Source: an uncultured Caulobacterales bacterium
GTDB taxonomy: Bacteria > Pseudomonadota > Alphaproteobacteria > Caulobacterales > Maricaulaceae
NCBI GenBank assembly: GCA_964352785.1
Contig: CAYGTI010000017.1
Location: 4,494-68,493 of the forward strand
Length of the DNA stretch: 64,000 nt
Direction of reading: 5' to 3'
The notes under the pieces are model-generated. The model saw only the letters and a program-made list of their open reading frames with translations, did not search any database and was not told the DNA's origin. This document shows positions 20,001-28,142 of the stretch, piece by piece. The translations under genes were made by a program, and so were the position numbers. Position 1 is the stretch's first letter. Each line of letters opens with the position of its first letter.

Positions 20001-20496
20001 CAAATTGCTTGAAACTCTGCCCAGCTTAGAGCCCAAAATACGCAAAAGCGCGGCGGGAGCTTTTTTGGAGAGCTACCAACATGTGTCCCAAGATGATCGC
20101 GACCAAATTATAAAAGAAGTTTTTGCTGTTATCGATCACCCAGACTATGCGGCTATTTTTGGTCCAGGCAGTCAGGCCGAAGTTTCTTTGGCGGGCCGCG
20201 GCGGGCGTTTACCTAAAGGTCTTTATCTGAACGCACAAATTGACCGGCTGGCCATGACGGATGACAAGGTTTTCATTGTCGATTACAAATCCAACAGACC
20301 GCCGCCGCAAACACAAGAGGCCGTTGCGGACCTATACTGGGGACAAATGGCCGCTTACCGGGAGCTCGCACGGGAGATTTATCCGGGCAGAGAGGTTATA
20401 TGCGGTCTACTGTGGACGGATGTGCCGCGCATGATGATTCTTGATGCAAAACGGCTCGACCATGCCTTGACGCTGATTGCAGGGCTTCCTACTTAA
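17002..20496 (+). CDS. addA: double-strand break repair helicase-nuclease AddA
   Basis: 1164 aa with UvrD/Rep helicase motifs (ANAGSGKTKVL, ILVDEAQDT, VGDEKQSIYSFQGA, VMTVHGAKGLE, LLYVAMTRA) and the C-terminal nuclease motif IVDYKSN. GTGA overlap with the addB stop. Confidence 0.9.
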   Translation: MTDIRLDIEEASHYQRMAADPRATRLASANAGSGKTKVLVERVSRLLLGGADPDKILCLTYTKAAASEMQTRLFDTLGLWSVMDDRDLNAALDQLLGENTKRADDRLGQARQLFARALETPDGLKVQTIHAFCERVLSRFPIEAGIMPGFEPMEDADSALLRAQTEEDIYAAAYVDSDSDLAVALRLLAREKADMSLDVLFRWMASSGDAIKNWEKGGGISGLAGLLGIDMSTSLEHLYINTWNHEIRDIIKSAATSLRQSANANDQTKANLILGAITEPDLAGAFETYSNIFLTQKGTLRKSVVTLSAPDDAQTFFGTSKLAATPEAQRVLKVCEDLLSITCLDMTRAVYILAQDYARRYEQAKRARRWLDFNDQVLLVRNLLMRSEVAEWVRYKLDGGIGHILVDEAQDTAPDQWQIIDALKDGFTAPDPDWPHDQVKTFFAVGDEKQSIYSFQGARPEKFIEKIRMYVSEDKAASIRMRMSFRSAPDVLRVVDGVFNDQRGMTRMFDPETVDIASDSVTHSAFRCDRGLVELWPLAPRPDAPPQEKAWDTRPVDAPSQSSPRERLAVEIAQQIKTWLDQGEPIFDRNLKVTRAMQPEDILILVRRRNDFFDAVIRNMKMIGVPVAGADRLVLKESVAVKDMLALTRFVLLPQDDLSLAEVLKSPIIGFDEDMLFDVAKRREGQSLWAALQSSELGQARCAAENLSIICKYARQYAPYEFYARVLDMRFGLEASVLKKMYTRLGIEAKDALEAFLARALSHQRRGAPSLQLFLQSFIGDSQDIKREMDSGSGDVRVMTVHGAKGLEAPVVFLPDTTQTPTSRSGSGIVSVENGFAYIPSKDATPTALIPMRDAVFAREKEEYMRLLYVAMTRAESRLIVCGFESGHPNGKGYSDGSWYQEVHTAMIGLGAVEGEPRFDVGPMLRYGIDPQNPDKGVQCEAGKTVRVPDWAHDAAPRQSLRRRQVTPSHLLVPLPGAGAPVRSPISGGPDRFRRGNIIHKLLETLPSLEPKIRKSAAGAFLESYQHVSQDDRDQIIKEVFAVIDHPDYAAIFGPGSQAEVSLAGRGGRLPKGLYLNAQIDRLAMTDDKVFIVDYKSNRPPPQTQEAVADLYWGQMAAYRELAREIYPGREVICGLLWTDVPRMMILDAKRLDHALTLIAGLPT

Positions 20497-20523
20497 TATT
20501 GAAATGACATACAGGAGAAGAAT

Positions 20524-20844
20524 ATGGCCAGCGTTAAAGTCACAGATGATAGCTTTAAAGACGATGTTATTGGTTCCGATACACCGGTATTAGTAGATTT
20601 TTGGGCGGGGTATTGCGCGCCATGTAAACAGATTGCGCCCGCACTCGAAGAGATTTCCGAAGAGTTTACAGGCAAGATGAAAGTTGCGAAGATCAATATT
20701 GAAGAAGACCCTGAAACAGCGGCGAAATTCCATGTCCGCGGCATTCCGACTATGATGATCTTCAAAGACGGACAAGTCGTCGCGACCAAGGTCGGCGCGA
20801 TGACCAAACGAAAGCTAGCCGAGTGGGTTGGCGAACACGCTTAA
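20524..20844 (+). CDS. trxA: thioredoxin
   Basis: 106 aa with a thioredoxin fold (VLVDFWAGYCAPCK, GIPTMMIFKDG) in the conserved position after addA. The active site reads CAPC rather than CGPC. Confidence 0.9.
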   Translation: MASVKVTDDSFKDDVIGSDTPVLVDFWAGYCAPCKQIAPALEEISEEFTGKMKVAKINIEEDPETAAKFHVRGIPTMMIFKDGQVVATKVGAMTKRKLAEWVGEHA

Positions 20845-20923
20845 GCTACGAAGGCTGTAATAACGATTTATTGTCACGAACGGCTCGTACTTTGACAAAT
20901 CCGTAAAAGAGCGTCATTTTGCG

Positions 20924-21478
20924 GTGATGGATTATTCAACATCACCTTTTCATAGATTTACGAGCTGGAAAATTCTGGCGCTCTTGGCAGTAACACTTGC
21001 CTACTCTCTCTGGTTTACTACATCTGGGCCTTACTCAGCCCTATCCGACCTCGCGCCCGGGATGCCGCTTGAGGAGCAAGGGTTTTACACGGGCAACTAC
21101 GCTGTAGAGACGCTTGAGCAGCTAAATTCTGATGGCCGCCGCGCTAAGTTTATTTCTCTCATATTTGACATTCCTTACATGATTTTATGGGCGCTTGTAT
21201 TTGAGGCCCTGATAGGATTTGGTGTGCGGCGGCTTGCTTTTATCAGGCCTGTCTGGACATTGTTATTTGTTTTGCCCATCGCGTTTCTCCTCACCGACTT
21301 TGCCGAGGATAGCTTTCTGGCTTTAACGCTTGTCACGGGCTCAGAATTAATGGGCGCCTTTGCGGGCGTAATGACATTTTTGAAATTTTTAACGTTCACC
21401 GCCGCCGGGCTGATCGGGTTTGGTCTTAGTGTGGCTGGTCTTGTCGTTTGGTCCTTAAAAGACCGTTCTAAGGCCTAG
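20924..21478 (+). CDS. hypothetical polytopic membrane protein
   Basis: 184 aa with 4-5 hydrophobic helices. I recognise no family. Confidence 0.45.
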   Translation: MMDYSTSPFHRFTSWKILALLAVTLAYSLWFTTSGPYSALSDLAPGMPLEEQGFYTGNYAVETLEQLNSDGRRAKFISLIFDIPYMILWALVFEALIGFGVRRLAFIRPVWTLLFVLPIAFLLTDFAEDSFLALTLVTGSELMGAFAGVMTFLKFLTFTAAGLIGFGLSVAGLVVWSLKDRSKA

Positions 21479-21824
21479 AGTTATGAATAAGATCGCGTTT
21501 GATGCGCGTGAGCGTGAAGCCTAGATTTACCCGGCGTAAATCTCTTGGTAGTTTTGCGAGCCGGGCTTCGTAGGTTTTTCCGTATGTTTTACGCAAATCG
21601 AAATGCATCGAGCGGATCATAATGAGATGACCTCCCCGTATAAGGACAAAGTAAACGGTGAAAAAAGTAAAAACAACACTCGTCTCTGTTTGGTAAGTGT
21701 TATCTTTAAGAATTATGGGCAGACTTAAAAGTAGTCCAATGAGGGTTAGCACCGACGGCAACACGCAACGTTGCACCCAATGACGTAAAGACAGCCAGCC
21801 TGTTTCAAGTTCAGCAGAGGTCAT
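21468..21824 (-). CDS. hypothetical membrane protein
   Basis: 118 aa with two hydrophobic helices, 28 nt downstream of the sigma-factor gene on the same strand. Confidence 0.4.
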   Translation of the reverse strand: MTSAELETGWLSLRHWVQRCVLPSVLTLIGLLLSLPIILKDNTYQTETSVVFTFFTVYFVLIRGGHLIMIRSMHFDLRKTYGKTYEARLAKLPRDLRRVNLGFTLTRIKRDLIHNSRP

Positions 21825-21852
21825 ACTGAGTGCTGCAATCTATTCTGAGTCA

Positions 21853-23097
21853 TTACGATAAAATGTCTTCCAAACGGCCTTTTAAGAACAGTTTCTCATT
21901 CTTATTGGTAGATAAGTCAATTGCGTGCAAAAAATTCGCTTTCGCTGGATCAATACGGCCTACCCTCAGCAGCAGATCAGCTTTTGCGGCAAAATATGGC
22001 TGATACTTTGAGAGTGCTGCGACAGGTATTTGGTCGAGAACTTTCAATCCAGCTTGAGGTGATTGTGCATAGGATGTTGCAACGGCTTGGTTGAGCTTAA
22101 TGACAGGCGTTGGCCTCATTTGATAAAGTAAATTATACAAAGCTAGTATTTGCGGCCAATCTGTGTCTTCCCATGAATGGGCTTCGACATGGAGCGCGCT
22201 AATTGCTGACTGCACTTGATATGGACCGACACGTTGTTTTTCTAAGGCTGACTTAAGTATCTGTCGGCCTTCTTCGATCTTGTATTTATTCCATAATTTG
22301 CGGTTCTGCAGCTCCAAAGAAATAATGTTCCCGAGAGGATCCAAACGAGCCTCTCGGCGAGCCTCATGCAATAACATCAGTGCTAGAAGTCCTGAAACTT
22401 CGGTTTCATCAGGCATAAGGCCGCTCAGAATTCGCGCTAATCTGATGGCTTCATCAATCAAGCTTATGCGCTGCTGGGAATCACTGGATGAGGCTGAATA
22501 ACCCTCGTTAAAAATTAAATACACGACGGCAAGTATTCCGACTAGGCGCTCCGGTAAATCGTCATAGTGTGGTACTTGGTAAGGAATTCCTGCAAGCCTA
22601 ATTTTTGTCTTTGCGCGTGCCAGCCTTTGGGCCATGGTTGCGGGTTTATCTAAAAAGGCCGCTGCGATGTCCTCTGTGGTTAACCCGCCAAGCGTTCGCA
22701 GCGTAAGAGCTATTCTTGTTTTTTCGGGCAATGCAGGGTGGCAACATGTGAACATCATTTCCAGGCGTTTATCTGGAATAACCCCAATCAGCATGTTTTC
22801 TTGTTGGCACGGCGTGTCCCATGCAGCTTGAATATCATTTTGTTTCTGAAGAAATGTTTTCTGTCGCCTGAGGCTATCTACCGCTTTGTTGCACGCGACC
22901 GTCACAAGCCATGCGGCGGGGGAGGCGGGTATCCCGGTTTCAGGCCAGCGCTTTAAAGCCCTTTCAACGGCGTCTTGAAGACTGTCCTCGGCAAGCTGAA
23001 AGTCTCCAAAACGCTGTGTCAAATAAGCAAGTATGCGCCCCCAATCTTCTTGAATAACGGCTTTAATAGCGGTGTTAATATTAATTGGGGGCTGCAT
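21853..23097 (-). CDS. ECF-like RNA polymerase sigma factor with a long C-terminal TPR-like extension (COG4941-type)
   Basis: 414 aa with sigma region 2 (AEDSLQDAVERAL..WP...IP.SPAAWL) and region 4 (ALTLRTLGGLTTEDIAAAFL...TMAQRLARAK). The roughly 200-aa helical C-terminal domain and pairing with a YciI/DGPF gene are typical of this family. Confidence 0.8.
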   Translation of the reverse strand: MQPPININTAIKAVIQEDWGRILAYLTQRFGDFQLAEDSLQDAVERALKRWPETGIPASPAAWLVTVACNKAVDSLRRQKTFLQKQNDIQAAWDTPCQQENMLIGVIPDKRLEMMFTCCHPALPEKTRIALTLRTLGGLTTEDIAAAFLDKPATMAQRLARAKTKIRLAGIPYQVPHYDDLPERLVGILAVVYLIFNEGYSASSSDSQQRISLIDEAIRLARILSGLMPDETEVSGLLALMLLHEARREARLDPLGNIISLELQNRKLWNKYKIEEGRQILKSALEKQRVGPYQVQSAISALHVEAHSWEDTDWPQILALYNLLYQMRPTPVIKLNQAVATSYAQSPQAGLKVLDQIPVAALSKYQPYFAAKADLLLRVGRIDPAKANFLHAIDLSTNKNEKLFLKGRLEDILS

Positions 23098-23105
23098 GAA
23101 GCGGC

Positions 23106-23456
23106 TTAATCAAATGTCATAACGGGCCGAATTTCGATTCGGCCATGGGCGGCTGTGGGTATCATAGCTGCGTAGCGCGCGGCTTCATCGAGATCTTTGC
23201 AGTCAAGCAGATAGTACCCGCCAAGTTGCTCCTTCGTTTCTGCAAAGGGTCCGTCCATAATGTCCACTTTACCGGTTTCCATGCTAACTGTTGTCGCAGT
23301 GGTTGTCGGCTGGAGTGCATCGCCAGCGATAAAAATACCGTCATTTTGAACCGTTTCAGTGAAATGATTATAAGCTTGCATGTAATCGCTAAACTCGGGT
23401 GTTCCGGGCTGCGGGCCTTGATGCTCGTTAGAGTAAATGAGACAGATATATTGCAT
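23106..23456 (-). CDS. YciI-family (DGPF domain) protein
   Basis: It carries the motif DGPFAETKEQLGGYYLLDC. The start is moved to MQYICLIY (comp 23454..23456). It is co-oriented immediately upstream of the sigma-factor gene. Confidence 0.8.
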   Translation of the reverse strand: MQYICLIYSNEHQGPQPGTPEFSDYMQAYNHFTETVQNDGIFIAGDALQPTTTATTVSMETGKVDIMDGPFAETKEQLGGYYLLDCKDLDEAARYAAMIPTAAHGRIEIRPVMTFD

Positions 23457-23595
23457 GTTTTTTCCTTCTCTAGGTGCAGACCTCATGGTCTGTACTTATA
23501 TGACGAATGTAATTTATCAAAATCGACATGCGTTATGGAAAAATATTGTACAATTGGATTAGTGACACACATTAACCCTTGAGGCAAATAGAGCT

Positions 23596-25338
23596 ATGCC
23601 TGCACCTGTACCTTTAACGGCTTGTGACCCGCCCCGCCTTGATTGGTCTCGTCCCGGCATGCCTGTGGCGCTGGATTTTGATGATATTTATTTTAGCGCG
23701 GATGGCGGCCTTGCTGAAACCGAGGCGGTTTACCTTGCGGCGTGTGGCCTACCCGACAGATGGCAGGGCCGTCAAAATTTTGTGATTGGTGAGCTTGGGT
23801 TTGGTTCTGGCTTAAATTTTTTGGCGGCGTGGCGGTTGTGGAGTAAAACTAAACCCCTAAACGGACATTTGCATTTTATTTCGATCGAGAAATACCCTTT
23901 CTCCGGGCAGGATTTAGAAAGAGCACTTGGCGCGTGGCCGGAATTATCGGACTTTACCGAGCGGCTAATTGAAATTTGGCCCGGGCGGGTTAAGGGGGCG
24001 CACATATTACAGATCAACTCCAATGTTACTTTAACGCTGTTGCATGATGATGTTCTCGTGGGTCTTAAAGCTCTGCAAGGGCAAGTGGATGCGTGGTTTT
24101 TAGATGGTTTTTCGCCCGCAAAAAACCCGGATATGTGGTCAGAAGATGTTATCGGCGAACTTGGGCGCCTGTCTGCGCCGGATGCCCGGATTGGGACATT
24201 CACCGTGGCCGGGAGCGTGCGCGAAGCGCTAAGTCGGGCGGGCTTTGAGGTCACTAAAAAGGACGGTTTTGGACGCAAGCGCCATAGGCTTGAGGCTGTA
24301 TTTCCTGAGGGGCCTGCCGCGCTGGTGTCAAACATTGACCCAGTGATTGTTGGCGCCGGCATTGCGGGCGCGTCTCTTGCGCGCGCTTTTATGCGGCGCG
24401 GCATTGTGCCGACGTTAATTGATCCGCATGACGGCACAGCGGCAAGCGGAAATAAAGCCGCCATTGTTAAACCTCGGCTGGACTTACAGGACCGCCAGGA
24501 AAGCCGTTTCTTCTTGGAAAGTTATTTATATGCTCTGCGCGCATACGCCGAAGATGGTGCCGTATTATCCAAAGGTGTTTTTCACGCCGCTAAATCCGAT
24601 AAAGACATAGAGCGGTTTAAGAGGTTAGGTATTTATCAGTCTTTACCGCCTGAGCAGATGTGCTTTGCGATAGGGCCAAAGGGACTTCCGGGATTAAATT
24701 TTCCTGAAGCATTGGTGATCGACCCTATTAAAACATGTCAGTTATTTAGATCTGGCGCAAAATTCATCTTAGGCAAGGCCGTAAACGTAGAGCAGCACTC
24801 AGGAAAGACTTTTGTGAAAGACGCCGATGGGCACACCCTCGGCTCAGGAAGCCATGTGTTCGTCGCTGCCGGCGCGGGGATCTCTTCGCTCGGGTTAGAG
24901 GCGAATTTCCCGCTACGTTACAGCCGGGGGCAAGTCACGACAACTGCGAGAGTCGATGTTGACGGTGTGTTGACTTACGGCGGATATGCCATCCCTTTGG
25001 GGGATTACGCGCTGTTGGGCGCAAGCCATGCACGTCTTACAGATATCGACCCTTATGCTGTAACCAAAAGTGATGATGTTGAAAATATCGAAAAATTCAA
25101 GGCAGTCACAGGTGTGATAGCAGAGCCACTTGCTGGCGGGTCTCGCGCCTCTGTTCGGGTCACGCAATCCAGCACGTTGCCGCTGCTGCGAAAAAACAAA
25201 AATATCTTCACGTTGACAGCTTTAGGGTCACGCGGTTTTGTCTTTGCACCGCTTTTAGCAGAGCATATCGTATCTGAGGTCTGCGGTGAGCCGCGAACTT
25301 GTCTACCGCCGGGGATATTTGTATCGAAAACCTACTAA
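23596..25338 (+). CDS. mnmC: bifunctional tRNA (mnm5s2U34) methyltransferase / FAD-dependent cmnm5s2U34 oxidoreductase MnmC
   Basis: 580 aa with an N-terminal SAM methyltransferase domain (FDDIYFS, ELGFGSGLNFL, DAWFLDGFSPAKNPDMW) and a C-terminal DAO-type FAD domain (VIVGAGIAGASLA). Confidence 0.85.
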   Translation: MPAPVPLTACDPPRLDWSRPGMPVALDFDDIYFSADGGLAETEAVYLAACGLPDRWQGRQNFVIGELGFGSGLNFLAAWRLWSKTKPLNGHLHFISIEKYPFSGQDLERALGAWPELSDFTERLIEIWPGRVKGAHILQINSNVTLTLLHDDVLVGLKALQGQVDAWFLDGFSPAKNPDMWSEDVIGELGRLSAPDARIGTFTVAGSVREALSRAGFEVTKKDGFGRKRHRLEAVFPEGPAALVSNIDPVIVGAGIAGASLARAFMRRGIVPTLIDPHDGTAASGNKAAIVKPRLDLQDRQESRFFLESYLYALRAYAEDGAVLSKGVFHAAKSDKDIERFKRLGIYQSLPPEQMCFAIGPKGLPGLNFPEALVIDPIKTCQLFRSGAKFILGKAVNVEQHSGKTFVKDADGHTLGSGSHVFVAAGAGISSLGLEANFPLRYSRGQVTTTARVDVDGVLTYGGYAIPLGDYALLGASHARLTDIDPYAVTKSDDVENIEKFKAVTGVIAEPLAGGSRASVRVTQSSTLPLLRKNKNIFTLTALGSRGFVFAPLLAEHIVSEVCGEPRTCLPPGIFVSKTY

Positions 25339-25449
25339 TTGCCATGAAATCGTTACATAAATGATACAAAGCGGGTGTTGTTCCGTGTGATAATAAGATT
25401 TAACATTATAACTAGGTCAAAACCTAGCCAGTTTGAAAGAAGAGCGTGA

Positions 25450-26268
25450 ATGGGAAAATCAGCCGAGACATATGGCTCAAGCCGGCTGATCCTAGCGGCA
25501 GAGTTGGCGCTCGTGCTCCTGATTGCTTATTTGTGTGTACGCACAGTGATTGTCTTTGTTGCGCCGCAAAGCCTGTGGACGGAGCCGAGTTCGACTGTCG
25601 TGGCTGCGAAACAAACGCAAATTCGCAAAACGGCTTTCAACCCGGGGTTTGATCCGTTCAACCGTAGCAAAGAAGTTGAACCTGTAGATATGGGACTAGA
25701 CGCCCCAGAAACGAGCCTCAACCTCAAATTAACGGGACTACGCTCTGGCGATAACGGTTCCGCTGTTTTGCAAACGCCGGACAATTTGCAAAAAGCTTAC
25801 AGTATTGGTGACGAGATTATTTCAGGCGTGACGCTACATTCTGTAACTCCCCATTATATTGTTTTGTCTCTTGGGGGACGCCTTGAGCGGCTCACGTTTG
25901 AACGGGCCCAGAAAAACACTTTGCTAGCAAGGCCTGAAGGTTCGTCGCCAAACTCAATTATGGGCGGTAGCGCCGCGCCAAAAGTAATGATGGCACCTGA
26001 AAACCTTTTATCCGCAGTCCGATTAGAACCTGTGATAACCGACGGGCAGATGAAGGGGTTTCGCATAGCAGCTAGAAACGGGTCTATAAATTTGACAACT
26101 TATGGTCTTCGTGATGGCGATATTTTAACCCGAATTGATCGTGTCGATTTAACTACAGGCCGCCCTGATATTCAGAAGGTTATGACGTTGCTGGACGATA
26201 CATCCGGGGTGGATGTTTCGGTTCTCCGCGGCGGGCGTTCCATCACCGTGAAAGTAGGTTCGCAATGA
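25450..26268 (+). CDS. gspC: type II secretion system protein GspC
   Basis: 272 aa with an N-terminal TM anchor, an HR-like region and a C-terminal PDZ-like segment (GFRIAA..GLRDGDILTRIDRVDL). It is the first gene of the gsp operon. Confidence 0.75.
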   Translation: MGKSAETYGSSRLILAAELALVLLIAYLCVRTVIVFVAPQSLWTEPSSTVVAAKQTQIRKTAFNPGFDPFNRSKEVEPVDMGLDAPETSLNLKLTGLRSGDNGSAVLQTPDNLQKAYSIGDEIISGVTLHSVTPHYIVLSLGGRLERLTFERAQKNTLLARPEGSSPNSIMGGSAAPKVMMAPENLLSAVRLEPVITDGQMKGFRIAARNGSINLTTYGLRDGDILTRIDRVDLTTGRPDIQKVMTLLDDTSGVDVSVLRGGRSITVKVGSQ

Positions 26269-28142
26269 ATAAATTTCTCAAAACAAGTCTGACCGCTGCC
26301 GTGCTTTTAATGGCGACCACAGCCCCGGCTTACGCAGCAGGTGATCATTTGATTACCATGCAGCAAGCAGATATTCGCGCGTTCATTGATGACGTCTCCA
26401 TGGTCACAGGAAAAACTTTTCTAGTGGATCCCCGGGTTCAAGGAAAAGTCACAATCTCGTCCGAGCAGTCTCTGAGCCCCGGAGAGGTTTTTGAGGTCTT
26501 CAAAGACGTCATGCGGGTGCATGGCTACACGCTGGTGCGCACGGCAACGGGCGAATATCGGATTACGCTGATACAAGGCGCGGCGCAGGATGCACCATTT
26601 GTAAAAAATTCCGGGTACAATGGTCAGTTTGCTACAACGGTCATTAAACTCGTCCATGCCGACGCTGCCGAAGTGGCCAAGCTGATAAAGCCCGTACTGC
26701 ACAGCCAAGGTGTCTTAACGGCTAATCCGGGCGGAGATGTTATTGTTGTCACAGATTTTCCTGAAAACTTGCGCAAAGCCCGTGAAATTATTGCCGCGAT
26801 GGATACAGATGGCCGTGTTATGGACACGGTACAGCTGATGAATATTACAGCGCTGGATGCTGAAGAGGTTATGAAAACCCTTGGAGGCGTGCGGCCATCC
26901 TTTAAGGCTATCGCTATGCCGGGTAGTAACAGCCTTTTGCTTGAGGGTGAGCCCGCAGAACTGGTCCGTCTCAAAGCGGTTTTAGAGCAAATGGACAGCG
27001 GCGGCGGGTCACCTCGCGGCGCGGTCAGTGTCGTACCGTTGCGGTTTGCTGATGGTGAGCCTTTAGTTGAAATGATCAACACATTACTGCCAGCCTACAC
27101 CCGCGAAGGGCAACCTCAGCCGACGGTTGCGCTTGAGAGCGGCAGCAACACAATTGTTATCAGTGCGTCTGGCGAAACGCAGCAGGCGCTTGAAAGCCTC
27201 ATTCGGCGGCTTGACGTGCGCCGGCCACAGGTTCTTGTCGAGGCTATTATCGTCGAAATTTCGGATGATATTGCTAAAGAACTTGGTGTTCAATTCGCTC
27301 TTGGCGGAGTAGATGGCAGCACTATTCCGTTTTTAGGGACAAATTACTCCCAAGAAGCTGCCAGTGTCTTGTCGTTAACAGGGGCTTTGGCGGCAGATGA
27401 TTTGGGCCTGAGCACGACAACGCAAAGCAGCCTGGAAACAGCCGCCATTAATTCTTTGCTAGGCCTTGAGGGGGCAGTGATTGGCGGCGCGGGGCGCAGC
27501 GGGGACACATTATTTTCTGCCATCCTTCGCGCCGTAGAAACGGATGATAATTCTAATGTGCTCTCGACACCGTTTGTCACCACGCTTGATAATATTCCGG
27601 CGACATTTTTGGTTGGCCAAGAAATTCCTGTGACAACAGGTGAAAGCATTGGCAGTGATTTGGCGAATCCGTTTCGAACCTTTTCACGGCAAGAGGTAGG
27701 CATAAAACTTGAAGTGCTACCGCAAATTAGCGAGGGCGATGTAATCCGGCTTGAGATCAAGCAAGAAGTCTCATCTATTTCCGGCGCGCTCACCAGCCTC
27801 TCGTCCGACTTTGTCACCAATAAGCGCGAGATCGGCACGACAGTCTTGGCCAATGACGGCGAAATTATTGTGCTCGGCGGTCTTATTCAAGATAGCGAGG
27901 AGGTGAATGCTGACAAAGTGCCTGTGCTGGGCGATATGCCTGTGCTGGGTAACCTTTTCCGCTCTAAGGCGACGACCCGTACAAAGACAAATTTGATGGT
28001 CTTTTTGAAACCGACGATTATTCGCACCAAAGCCGACGCGCAGCCTTTGACGCAGCAACGCCTTGACTATATGCGGCAACAAGACAGGCTTCAATCTGGC
28101 CGCGAAATATCCAAACTGGATGACGTTTTAAAAAGTGAGTGA
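26265..28142 (+). CDS. gspD: type II secretion system secretin GspD
   Basis: 625 aa with a signal peptide (LLMATTAPAYA), N0-N3 repeats and a secretin core (VLSTPFVTTLDN, VPVLGDMPVLGNLFRS, LMVFLKPTIIR). Confidence 0.95.
   Translation: MNKFLKTSLTAAVLLMATTAPAYAAGDHLITMQQADIRAFIDDVSMVTGKTFLVDPRVQGKVTISSEQSLSPGEVFEVFKDVMRVHGYTLVRTATGEYRITLIQGAAQDAPFVKNSGYNGQFATTVIKLVHADAAEVAKLIKPVLHSQGVLTANPGGDVIVVTDFPENLRKAREIIAAMDTDGRVMDTVQLMNITALDAEEVMKTLGGVRPSFKAIAMPGSNSLLLEGEPAELVRLKAVLEQMDSGGGSPRGAVSVVPLRFADGEPLVEMINTLLPAYTREGQPQPTVALESGSNTIVISASGETQQALESLIRRLDVRRPQVLVEAIIVEISDDIAKELGVQFALGGVDGSTIPFLGTNYSQEAASVLSLTGALAADDLGLSTTTQSSLETAAINSLLGLEGAVIGGAGRSGDTLFSAILRAVETDDNSNVLSTPFVTTLDNIPATFLVGQEIPVTTGESIGSDLANPFRTFSRQEVGIKLEVLPQISEGDVIRLEIKQEVSSISGALTSLSSDFVTNKREIGTTVLANDGEIIVLGGLIQDSEEVNADKVPVLGDMPVLGNLFRSKATTRTKTNLMVFLKPTIIRTKADAQPLTQQRLDYMRQQDRLQSGREISKLDDVLKSE

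Noticed and set aside
23772-24464. 230-aa antisense ORF inside mnmC. Similar long antisense ORFs occur at 27344..27853 and 26624..27082 (in gspD), 33370..33882 (in gspK/L), 60910..61437 (in pnp), 15771..16193 (in addB) and 4683..5075 (in rmuC).
   Set aside because: They lie opposite strongly supported genes, have Arg/Ser/Pro-rich low-complexity translations, and are the usual shadow ORFs of moderately GC-rich coding DNA.
25446-25652. 68-aa alternative-frame ORF overlapping the start of gspC
   Set aside because: Its translation is Cys/Arg-rich and it lies entirely inside the gspC N-terminal region. The gspC frame gives a sensible TM anchor.
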